A DNA stretch of 64,000 nt, taken from the IMG/VR virus record IMGVR_UViG_3300040811_000439, positions 8,889 to 72,888 of that record; one strand, written 5' to 3'. Of this stretch, positions 55,860 through 64,000 are shown one piece after another. The DNA comes from a virus. Below the pieces are notes generated by a model. That model made no database searches. It had not been told where the DNA came from and saw only the letters and a program-made list of their open reading frames with translations. Position 1 is the first letter of the stretch, and each line of letters begins with the position of its first letter. A program made the translations under genes and the position numbers.

Positions 55860-56060
55860 TTATGCTTTTAACTGAGCTAGAGGGGTTTTGCCATTGCGTC
55901 TAACCACGTTTCCGCCAAACAAACTTACCTCAGTATCCATTGCATCTACTGATTTTGCTTTCTTTTTACTGTGTGCAACAGCAGGATTCACTACTGCTGC
56001 AATGTTTCCACTGCTAGTAGCACCTGCACTTGCTGTTTCCATTATTTCACTGATCTTCAT
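55860..56060 (-). CDS. Small hypothetical protein
   Basis: MKISEIMETASAGATSSGNIA. Confidence 0.7.
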   Translation of the reverse strand: MKISEIMETASAGATSSGNIAAVVNPAVAHSKKKAKSVDAMDTEVSLFGGNVVRRNGKTPLAQLKA

Positions 56061-56283
56061 AACTAACCTCTAAATTTTCATAGGCAAATTCTACACCGGG
56101 TGTAATACTTTCTACCCTAACATCTGCACTGTCGCAGTCCAAACTTGCATTAAATTTATAATGACTGAACTGATCGCTGGGTATAACAAAGTCACGCTCA
56201 GTCATAAGTTCACCGTTTATCCAAACTCTATAAGCAGGCTGGGTGGAATAGTCATTACATTTGATATCAAAACTTACTTTCAT
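56047..56283 (-). CDS. Hypothetical beta-rich protein
   Basis: PAYRVWINGELMTER. Confidence 0.7.
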   Translation of the reverse strand: MKVSFDIKCNDYSTQPAYRVWINGELMTERDFVIPSDQFSHYKFNASLDCDSADVRVESITPGVEFAYENLEVSYEDQ

Positions 56284-56606
56284 TTGCTGTCTCTCATGTT
56301 AAAAGCAAAACTTACCTGACGTGCTAGTTGTACTCCGCGGGCACGTTCGTCCTTGCGTGAGCTCTTTTTCATTTTGTTTGCTTTAGCACGTAATTGTTTA
56401 AGTTCTGTTCTTGTTAATTCTTCTCCTGCTCCTTTACCTAGATACTGCGCTGCCTTGCGTTTTAAACTGCCTGGGCGACTACCTGGTTTAGGTTTCCCTG
56501 TAAAATCCTCAACAAGTTGTTCAAGTTCTTTAATACATTGTTTAAGTTGTTCATCATACACTTTCTCCTCTGTTAGATTTAGTTGTGGATTTATTAGGGT
56601 CTTCAT
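56280..56606 (-). CDS. Hypothetical basic protein
   Basis: EDFTGKPKPGSRPG. Confidence 0.65.
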   Translation of the reverse strand: MKTLINPQLNLTEEKVYDEQLKQCIKELEQLVEDFTGKPKPGSRPGSLKRKAAQYLGKGAGEELTRTELKQLRAKANKMKKSSRKDERARGVQLARQVSFAFNMRDSK

Positions 56607-56632
56607 CTTAGTTCTCCCTATTGATGATTATT

Positions 56633-57406
56633 TTAAATTTGTGGTGTTTCTAAGTCATTCGCATAATTTTCTAGATACGCCACGTAGTTTACCATACTGT
56701 GATCTGAGAAGTTATCAATTTGTCCCTTCTTAATACCAAACCACATGCCGCGGAATCTGTCCTTTATCTTTTGCCATCCTGTTGGGGTGCGTACATTTCC
56801 CCAAGCGTTCAAATAGTGTTCCTCACCATGGTGTATGTATAGCATGATTGCTAGTGGCACACGAGTAACAATATCATTATTGTTTACCCAACGATGGTGT
56901 GTAACTTTTAAACTGTTAACATATTTACGCCAACCAACTCTTGGGCTTCCATATGTATATAGCTCTTCTACAACTGGGATACCTTCGTACAAGTGACAGC
57001 GGCTAGCCATAATAGTTGCCATTGCTGCACCTAGACTGTGTCCGCAGAACCATAGTTTTTGTTTTGCTTTTTTAATGTCTTCTAGTATCATGGGCCAAAG
57101 TTCATCTACTTCAGCCTTAAAACCTCGATGCACTCTACTTACTGTTTCAGCGATAACTGGTAGTGCACGTAGATCTGCTTTGATGTCATTGAATTCAGTA
57201 GGCTGTGTACCTCTGCATGCAATAACACAATCGTCTTTGTTTTGGAAACGATAGGCTTGTGCACCATCCCTATCATAAAATTTTGTTGTTGTGAATCCTA
57301 AGACTTTGGCTGCTGCTCGTGCACCCTTTTCATCTAGGTATGCAATCTTTGCTAGTTTTGCAAAAAGCAAACTGCGCTCTTTGAATTCCATAGTGGTAAT
57401 TGACAT
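56633..57406 (-). CDS. Class 3 lipase (alpha/beta hydrolase)
   Basis: RGT, VHRGF, GHSLGAAMA, YGSPRVG, DIVTRVP, DHSM..Y. Confidence 0.93.
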   Translation of the reverse strand: MSITTMEFKERSLLFAKLAKIAYLDEKGARAAAKVLGFTTTKFYDRDGAQAYRFQNKDDCVIACRGTQPTEFNDIKADLRALPVIAETVSRVHRGFKAEVDELWPMILEDIKKAKQKLWFCGHSLGAAMATIMASRCHLYEGIPVVEELYTYGSPRVGWRKYVNSLKVTHHRWVNNNDIVTRVPLAIMLYIHHGEEHYLNAWGNVRTPTGWQKIKDRFRGMWFGIKKGQIDNFSDHSMVNYVAYLENYANDLETPQI

Positions 57407-57407
57407 G

Positions 57408-60131
57408 TCATTCCTCCTCGCCTGCTCCTACCATTTTGACTTTTTTCTTGCTCTTCTTAACTTTAAGTGGACGGTGTGGCGCAATTACTACTGTCATACC
57501 ACTGCTCAGTGGTATACCGATGCTGCCCTTTTCGTTTAACTGTCCTTCTGCAAGTCCAAGATTGAATAGTGTATTTGGGTCTGAATTCTTTCTTGCTTTA
57601 GCATGTAGCTCTTTGGGCTTACCACTACCCAACCCTAGCTTCTTAACATTTGCAAACTCACTGCCAATTGGTGCGTCTTTGGTTGCGTTCTGTTTTGTAA
57701 TACGCCCAACACCCGCTTCGCCTACTACTTTCTGAACTCGTTCTTTTGCCTCTGGGCCATCTGGATGACGTGGATTAATTGTTACCACCTCGCCGTTCAT
57801 AAGCTCACTCATGTTTGCTGCTTTACCAATTTTATCTAGTAGTTGATGTAGTTTATCATCACTATCATAACCATCGCCCTCGTAGTTGGGCTTGCCTCTG
57901 ACCTCAGTGCGCTTTCCAGTCTTTGTGTCTTTGATGTGTAGTACAAGTAGATCATCGTCACGTTCTAGTTGTAGTTTATAGCTTTCATTCATACCAGCAT
58001 GCATTGCTGCCATATGTGCCTTGTATTTCTTAGTGCCTTTTTTATGTGGACTCTTACCTTCCGCAAAGTTTTCTGCTAGTTTAGCAACTTCGTCTGGCAC
58101 TTTAAATGCCCACACAGTTGCCTTACCGTCTCTAGCCATCATAGCAGTAAGTCTTGTATTGCCGCCAATTAATTCTTTGTAGCCATCACTGTATACAGCA
58201 ACAATGGGCATTTCAACTGTGCCTTTTTCTAGTTGTGCTAGAGCTCGTTTTTGTTTTTCTGGTTCTAATGATTTAAAACTATCAGGATCTGCGGCATCTG
58301 TATTGTTAATACCTTTAGCACTTTTAATGGTAACTGACTTGCCCTTCTTAGCAAGTTCAATCCAGGCATCCTTGCCAATCTTTTGAAACTCTGAATAGCG
58401 AGCTGCTTCTTCCCATTCTACATCAAACTGTGGTTTAACAAATGCTTTGTTTGTTTTCTTACCTTCCGCCACACCTTGTCTTTTAAGAATAAAAGTGTCT
58501 TCGTTTCCAGTGTCTTCTACATCATACTCATAACCATTTTGGTTAGCAAAGCGTTGTACCATTTTGCGATACAATCCACTGCGAGTACTGTCCTGACTTC
58601 CAAAGGCGCCTGTGCGAGGTTTAAAGGCACTAAACATAATCTGTTCTGGTTTATTTTTTGCTGCCCATTGTTTGATATGATTGATAACAGCGCCAAAGAT
58701 TTTATTTTGCGAACCTTCACCTGTAACACTCATAACACCGCCACGAGTAAAACCGATGTATACATCCTTACTCACAGGCCTGTAGGTTAGTTCTATATAA
58801 GCATCTTCTACTTTAGTAGCATATACAGTTGACCCACTTGGTCCGAGCTCTTTGACCCATTCAACTTTGGTGTCAAATGCTTCCTCTAATTTATTATCTG
58901 ACAGGCTCTTTGGATTAGTAAGGAAAAAATAAACCCCAGTACCTAAATCTTCTATGTTTAGTTTAAACCCAATTTGTTTAGCAAATTGTTTGGCGAATCT
59001 TGAATAGAGTATGTGTCTACGAGGACTATCAGGAGCGCCACGGTACATCGCACTATCGTTAGTATTTTTTGCTGCACTAAAAGTTATACTAACAACCCGA
59101 TCCTGGTCAACTTTATTCCACCATTGCTTTATGGCTTCTATTACTGTAGCAAAAACTCTAAACTCATCGCCCGTGCCTGATGCTTTGCTTCTACTATTTC
59201 TTGTGAAGCTAATATCAAAACGACCACTATCACCTGACGTGTTAAATTCTATATCCAAATAAGCAGTGTTGCCGTTGGATGTAGGTATTTCAGCAAGAGC
59301 AGATGAATCTCCATTTGGATTGCCTTCCCATACTAGTGGATAAGGACTGTCAAATGCTTCGTTTACGCCTTCGTTCTTCTTACGTCCAGCACAGTGCGCA
59401 CGTTGACTAAATCCTTTTGGATTATCACAGTTTATGCTACGCTTGTACTTCTCACTCCACGCTTCTACTACAATGCCAAACGCACGTTTTACATTTTCTG
59501 TAAGTGGCTTAACTTCATGTAGCTGTCTAAGTCTAGCAGCAACTTCAATAATACGTGCAAGACTTTCCATCATGCCCATACCTGTACGTACGGCATCATA
59601 CATACCTTGTGCTAGTTTGGGATCAGGTGTACCACTTTTAAATGCTTCAAAGTCACCTGCTGTTGCGGCAGCTCGCATTTTGCTTCCGCTCATACCTTCT
59701 GCACCTTCTGCATCCGGATCACGCTCGCCAGCACTTACCACTTGAATACTATCAAATGAGTAAAAGTCTTCTTGACCGTTGTACTTGTTGATTAAATCTG
59801 TGAACTGTTGAATTCTATCACTGCCTGCAACGTACACTAAATCTGTGTAGCCCATGGCATATATTTTATTAAGTGCGTCAAAGATTGTACGCACCTCTGG
59901 ATCACCAACAGTTACCCCTGGAAAAAATGCCTTAGCAAAGCCTATCTTTTGCTCAAAACTCAGGGGATCTGTTTTGGGCTTTTGGCTTTGACTAAGGAAA
60001 ATATAAGGATCACCAGCTTGACTTTTAACAGCATCCACTAGTTTCGCATGGCCAATGGTAGGAGGATTCATTCTCCCAAAGGCTACTGCTGCGACTCGTC
60101 GTGGTTGTTCTGTTAACTGCTGAATCCTCAT
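57408..60131 (-). CDS. Multidomain polyprotein: HIGH-type nucleotidyltransferase, two paralogous domains, ParB-like domain and small modules
   Basis: FGRMNPPTIGH, GSDR, SGSKMR; duplicated EAFD..F..VI..IKQW..FSA..R..LY; LIGGNTRL; TATAAATA at 60136-60143. Confidence 0.8.
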   Translation of the reverse strand: MRIQQLTEQPRRVAAVAFGRMNPPTIGHAKLVDAVKSQAGDPYIFLSQSQKPKTDPLSFEQKIGFAKAFFPGVTVGDPEVRTIFDALNKIYAMGYTDLVYVAGSDRIQQFTDLINKYNGQEDFYSFDSIQVVSAGERDPDAEGAEGMSGSKMRAAATAGDFEAFKSGTPDPKLAQGMYDAVRTGMGMMESLARIIEVAARLRQLHEVKPLTENVKRAFGIVVEAWSEKYKRSINCDNPKGFSQRAHCAGRKKNEGVNEAFDSPYPLVWEGNPNGDSSALAEIPTSNGNTAYLDIEFNTSGDSGRFDISFTRNSRSKASGTGDEFRVFATVIEAIKQWWNKVDQDRVVSITFSAAKNTNDSAMYRGAPDSPRRHILYSRFAKQFAKQIGFKLNIEDLGTGVYFFLTNPKSLSDNKLEEAFDTKVEWVKELGPSGSTVYATKVEDAYIELTYRPVSKDVYIGFTRGGVMSVTGEGSQNKIFGAVINHIKQWAAKNKPEQIMFSAFKPRTGAFGSQDSTRSGLYRKMVQRFANQNGYEYDVEDTGNEDTFILKRQGVAEGKKTNKAFVKPQFDVEWEEAARYSEFQKIGKDAWIELAKKGKSVTIKSAKGINNTDAADPDSFKSLEPEKQKRALAQLEKGTVEMPIVAVYSDGYKELIGGNTRLTAMMARDGKATVWAFKVPDEVAKLAENFAEGKSPHKKGTKKYKAHMAAMHAGMNESYKLQLERDDDLLVLHIKDTKTGKRTEVRGKPNYEGDGYDSDDKLHQLLDKIGKAANMSELMNGEVVTINPRHPDGPEAKERVQKVVGEAGVGRITKQNATKDAPIGSEFANVKKLGLGSGKPKELHAKARKNSDPNTLFNLGLAEGQLNEKGSIGIPLSSGMTVVIAPHRPLKVKKSKKKVKMVGAGEEE

Positions 60132-60138
60132 ACAGTAT

Positions 60139-60570
60139 TTATAGGTTTTCTAATATCCAAATGTAAACTGGAATTTCTATAGGCAGAGTCCACACACCCT
60201 TATGTCCAAAATCCATGCAGTTTGTTAAGGTATAATTTTCAATATATTTTTCGCTGGGATCAATATTGAAACTGGCCATTTTGAAGGCAATATCATTAAT
60301 ATTCACACCTTCGACTAATATCTCAGAAATAGTAATATTGACACTATTAGTAGGCATTCCGTCGCTATCTAGTATAAAGTTTCTAGGATCATTACCCGCA
60401 AATTCTAAATTAAGAGCAAAGTCGTCATCTACTTCTGTATCAAATTCTATAGTCTCTTCGCCAAAAACTCTGCCACTAAAGTATTCCTTATCATCTAATA
60501 AAACTCTTATATCTGGGCAAATATCTACGGCGTTCGATAAAAGTTTAATTTTAAAGTTTAATTCTTCCAT
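60139..60570 (-). CDS. Hypothetical acidic beta-rich protein
   Basis: Ends GVWTL...PVYIWILENL. Confidence 0.7.
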   Translation of the reverse strand: MEELNFKIKLLSNAVDICPDIRVLLDDKEYFSGRVFGEETIEFDTEVDDDFALNLEFAGNDPRNFILDSDGMPTNSVNITISEILVEGVNINDIAFKMASFNIDPSEKYIENYTLTNCMDFGHKGVWTLPIEIPVYIWILENL

Positions 60571-61229
60571 TATAAATCCTCTAATAAATTGGTGTCACCG
60601 GGGAAACGCCAGTAACCGGTATGTGTTAAATTAATAGTTTTGTCCATGTATATATTAAAACCTGCACGTCTTACACTATGACAAAAACTATAGTCTTCCG
60701 TAAGATACTGTCCGTTTTCAACAGTACAATTAAAAAAGTCGTATTGGTTAGCGTTTGTTTCACTATCTAACCCAATATCATCATGGTACTTAGTAGCGCC
60801 AAGTTCAATTAAACGTTCAAATACATTGCGCCTAATAAGCATAAAGCCTGTGCCTGCACTGTCAACTTCTACTAAATCGCCCGCATGCTCTCCATCTTTA
60901 GTTACATTTATTACATACTTTGCAGGCATTGTCTTTTGAGGATAAGCACCTACCACAAGATCACGGTCATGGTTTACTAGTTTAACTATGTCAACAGGGT
61001 TCCAACCAATATCAGCATCCACAAACATCAGGTGTGTGCAATCACCTTTGAGAAACTTGGCTGCACAACTGTTGCGTCCTCTGTTGATATTACTTTCATT
61101 ACTCAGTGTATCTACTGTAAATGCAAGGTCGTTTTGCATTGCAAGTATGGTCCACTGCAAATAACTTTGAAAACAGACTTCGTTGATCTGTCCTCCGTAG
61201 CATGGTGTTGCAAAATGTATAGCAGTCAT
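60570..61229 (-). CDS. GT-A glycosyltransferase-like protein
   Basis: ATPCYGG, RGRN, FVDADI (DxD), GTGFMLI, EDYSFC, LTHTG. Confidence 0.85.
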   Translation of the reverse strand: MTAIHFATPCYGGQINEVCFQSYLQWTILAMQNDLAFTVDTLSNESNINRGRNSCAAKFLKGDCTHLMFVDADIGWNPVDIVKLVNHDRDLVVGAYPQKTMPAKYVINVTKDGEHAGDLVEVDSAGTGFMLIRRNVFERLIELGATKYHDDIGLDSETNANQYDFFNCTVENGQYLTEDYSFCHSVRRAGFNIYMDKTINLTHTGYWRFPGDTNLLEDL

Positions 61230-62428
61230 TAGTATTCCAGTTTACTTAGATAGTTTTTGATGCGTTGTACTTTTGGTTGTATAAAATGCTTCTGATTATA
61301 TTCTAAAGTGTCTTCGAGGATAGCAATCATGTTTAGTTGATCCTTATTGCTTCTGCTTGCAATGCTGTAACAAACAGTTACTAATTCTCTCATACGCTCT
61401 TCAGGATCACTTACAGTATCGTATGTTTCATCAATAACATCATTAAAAGTTTTATAACCTAACTGCTTGAGCATCTTCAAGCTATAGGGATTACCCGCTA
61501 GTACAAAAGGCTGCATATTAAGTATAGGCTTAAATGTCTTTTCTGTCAAGAAGATTGTCTGTTGTTTAAAATGTGTTTCAACTACAATGTTCCAATATGC
61601 ATTAGTGTAAAAGTCTTGATTAATTAGTTTGTGATTGTTGTGTTCGCTATCCGCTAAACTATCGCACTTGTAGGGCATTCCTAGTTCAAAGGCAGCAACA
61701 CTGCTTTGTATATCTTTGTCAACTGCTAGCCATTTGTCTAAGCTATCTTCTTCTACGCTGTCTGTTTCGTATTGATACCCAGTGTAACTGAAGTAACTGT
61801 TATCAAACAGTCCCAAGCTATTCATAGTACTACAGAATACCTTACGCCATATTTTGTCAGCTCTGTTCAAACATGTAAACTGCTTGTCTCTACTTTCTAG
61901 ATTTACTTCTCTTACAAAATTACTACTATAGGAATGCAGATATCTATAATAAAGTTCGTCATCTGGAAAATATACAAAAGGATGCTCGTCGCCTATTAGT
62001 CCGTTTGCTGAGGTAAACTTTACGTTGTCTAAGTCTACCCCGTGTGCTTTACACATAAGAATCAAACTGTCTAATATTTCTTTAAACGGATCATCGCCTT
62101 CACTGTAATAAAAGAGTACCTTCAATCTTCCTTCTTTTAACATCTGCAAACTTTGAGGATCCATATAGCTAAAATAGTCTATACGTTTGTCATAGAAGTT
62201 TAAGTTGATTGGATAGTAAGCAGGCGCTTCCCATATGTCACCAACAAGTGCTGCACGTTGAGGAACTTTGTCCAACTGACAGTATCTAAGAAATCTAAAT
62301 TCGTAAGCATAGGGCTTTTGAATACAAAGGTCCCACCACTCTTTGGTATTAGGTTTTAGTGTCTCATCTTTAACAAGATTAGGCAAATAACCATACTTGT
62401 TCTGACGATCAAACAGCCATGTTATCAT
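61229..62428 (-). CDS. Putative glycosyltransferase-related protein
   Basis: CLNR, IVVET, FLTEKTFKPI..QPFV, GYKTF..IDETYD. Confidence 0.55.
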   Translation of the reverse strand: MITWLFDRQNKYGYLPNLVKDETLKPNTKEWWDLCIQKPYAYEFRFLRYCQLDKVPQRAALVGDIWEAPAYYPINLNFYDKRIDYFSYMDPQSLQMLKEGRLKVLFYYSEGDDPFKEILDSLILMCKAHGVDLDNVKFTSANGLIGDEHPFVYFPDDELYYRYLHSYSSNFVREVNLESRDKQFTCLNRADKIWRKVFCSTMNSLGLFDNSYFSYTGYQYETDSVEEDSLDKWLAVDKDIQSSVAAFELGMPYKCDSLADSEHNNHKLINQDFYTNAYWNIVVETHFKQQTIFLTEKTFKPILNMQPFVLAGNPYSLKMLKQLGYKTFNDVIDETYDTVSDPEERMRELVTVCYSIASRSNKDQLNMIAILEDTLEYNQKHFIQPKVQRIKNYLSKLEY

Positions 62429-63605
62429 TTTTAATAGACCCTGCTGCTATATGACTTTTATATCCAATGTTTTTAAATTCTAAATCAACATTGTGTTGTT
62501 CTAAGTAACTGCGTAAAAAATGTTTAGGACGTATGTTTTTTAAACTATTACTCAACCAAAGAAATTCCTGCACAAGTATTTTATCTAAATAACAGTTACG
62601 CAACTCGATTGACTTTTCTAGGTAAGCGGTTTCCCATACGTCACATATTTTACGAACTATACCATTGCCAAAGTGATACCATGGAAAAATTGTACTTAGA
62701 TCTTCAGGAAAACTATCGAACATGTTGGGAGTTTGTACTTTTGGTTTGTGAATATAGTTTTCATAAACACCATCGTAATCATTGCCAGTCAAACACACAC
62801 GTTTTCCTAAATCTCGAATTCGAGATGCAAGGTCGTTTGTAAGAGTCTGACTAGATAAGTCATCTAAAAAAATGTAGTTGTGAATACTAGCATGCTGTTT
62901 AATCTTTCTTATGTTATCAGACTCATCTCTGTTTGCCGTAAAATCAAAGCTAATGCATGTTGTAGGTAGTTCATATTTTTGTAAAATAACTGCTATAGTA
63001 CTACTATCTGTTCCTCCACTTAACAAAAGAACGCTATCTTTGTGCCAGCGTTTTACTATTGCATTCTCCAGAGCTTTATGAATATCGGTTAAACTTTCCT
63101 TGTATTGTGATAACTCCCATGATACTATACAATCGTTTATTAAATTTAAATTATTCCCATCCCATACGTAGTGACTATTCTCTTTTAATCGCTGACTACC
63201 TGCATGCTCCAGAGTACTAAATGTGTTTTTACTTGCCCATAATTGCCTTGTACTCCAGGGATCTGTATAAAAGTGCACGAGATTACTACTCTTGTCTACA
63301 ATTATGATTAGAAATTCGCCATCTAGATGATCAATAAACTCGTCTCCATAACTTATATAAAGATCGTAGATAAATTCTAGTTCACTTTTACCTACATAAT
63401 TGTAAACTTCGCCGAGTAGATAAAAGTCGTAAGTATCTGTGGAATATGGTTGCTGGGTAAAATCGCCTGTTATCCAAAGTAGATTGTGCAAGATAGTAAA
63501 ATCTTTGTAGGTGGTTTTTGTAGTGAGATCTGGTCCGCCCGGCTTGGATCGCAGTATCAAGTCAGTCTGACTTTCTATATCTCTAGAAAGTATAAAAGTG
63601 CACAT
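62409..63605 (-). CDS. Asparagine synthetase-like amidotransferase (Ntn domain plus PP-loop)
   Basis: Cys2 N-terminus, GEVYN, LDGEF, LSGGTDS. Confidence 0.75.
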   Translation of the reverse strand: MCTFILSRDIESQTDLILRSKPGGPDLTTKTTYKDFTILHNLLWITGDFTQQPYSTDTYDFYLLGEVYNYVGKSELEFIYDLYISYGDEFIDHLDGEFLIIIVDKSSNLVHFYTDPWSTRQLWASKNTFSTLEHAGSQRLKENSHYVWDGNNLNLINDCIVSWELSQYKESLTDIHKALENAIVKRWHKDSVLLLSGGTDSSTIAVILQKYELPTTCISFDFTANRDESDNIRKIKQHASIHNYIFLDDLSSQTLTNDLASRIRDLGKRVCLTGNDYDGVYENYIHKPKVQTPNMFDSFPEDLSTIFPWYHFGNGIVRKICDVWETAYLEKSIELRNCYLDKILVQEFLWLSNSLKNIRPKHFLRSYLEQHNVDLEFKNIGYKSHIAAGSIKNDNMAV

Positions 63606-63979
63606 TAATGGCCTAGGATAATTGTGTTAATAGTACCTGCGGTAAAGGATGAAACAGCAACTCTGATCCATACATAGTTGCCTGTGAAGTTGTTCAAGTA
63701 GCCATTGGTAATTGCTGTTGAGCCATCACCTGTAATAACAGTAGCAATGTCTACCCAGTCTGTACCAGCTGGGTTAGTAGCAAGTGTTGCTTGGATTTTT
63801 ATAGTGCCGATGAATGCTGTAGTACGTGTTTGTACTGTGTGTACACCATCTGCAAACCCATAGTAACCATCGCCTTTTACCTTATCACTGTTAAAACTTT
63901 CACTTGAACCGTCATAGTTGCCTGTGGCAGTACCATGTGAAATTGTTGGTAATAAGGTAGTTGTTGTTATTGCAGCCAT
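63605..63979 (-). CDS. Hypothetical beta-rich (probable virion) protein
   Basis: KGDGYYG..DG.HT..IQATL..W..NFTGNYVWIR. Confidence 0.7.
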   Translation of the reverse strand: MAAITTTTLLPTISHGTATGNYDGSSESFNSDKVKGDGYYGFADGVHTVQTRTTAFIGTIKIQATLATNPAGTDWVDIATVITGDGSTAITNGYLNNFTGNYVWIRVAVSSFTAGTINTIILGH

Positions 63980-64000
63980 TATACTTGTTCTTTAATCACT

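Noticed and set aside
55382-55903. Antisense 173-aa Ala-rich ORF
   Set aside because: Mirror of the low-complexity GCA/CCA codons of the real minus-strand gene.
62409-63605. Possible QueC or Gat-QueC (SGGxDS motif plus N-terminal Cys)
   Set aside because: It lacks the QueC C-terminal Cys zinc cluster and the YGQ/RN motifs; the layout is AsnB-like and it lies 18 kb from the que genes.
1-64000. Alternative genetic code (stop-codon reassignment)
   Set aside because: Recognisable enzymes are full length under the standard code, and TAA, TAG and TGA all serve as terminal stops.

Overview
This window is part of a large (jumbo-type, probably marine) dsDNA phage genome. Genes are densely packed with overlapping stop/start codons. 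There is a T4-like replication set (PolB, probable sliding clamp, RNase H/5'-3' exonuclease, ThyX, dCMP deaminase), sigma70-type promoters and TAAATA late-type motifs. I saw no rRNA, tRNA or CRISPR array. (1) 1-10.6 kb, + strand: five tandem SPASM/Twitch radical SAM genes, a 33-aa peptide, a NodU/CmcH carbamoyltransferase and glycosyltransferase-like genes. (2) 10.5-23.7 kb, - strand: nucleotide metabolism, and a MoxR AAA/vWA pair split by a DGQH(ParB-like)+HNH cassette. (3) 23.7-44 kb: a 7-deazaguanine pathway (FolE, QueD, QueE, a DpdL-like T-fold protein, YhhQ, a TGT/DpdA-like transglycosylase; no QueC or QueF in the window). It is interleaved with nucleotide-sugar enzymes, PurT and a glycosyltransferase resembling GTDC1/QTMAN, and interrupted by a lipoprotein subtilase autotransporter-like gene. 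(4) 44-50.6 kb: replication genes and an ExbB/ExbD-like membrane trio. (5) 50.6-64 kb: probable late/internal-head proteins with xxE-delimited modular polyproteins, a lipase and glycan-modifying enzymes. The best candidate for an undescribed system is a glycosylated/hypermodified 7-deazaguanine pathway, together with a riboswitch-like queD leader and a membrane ORF overprinted on queE. All family assignments come from motif recognition by eye; no searches were run.
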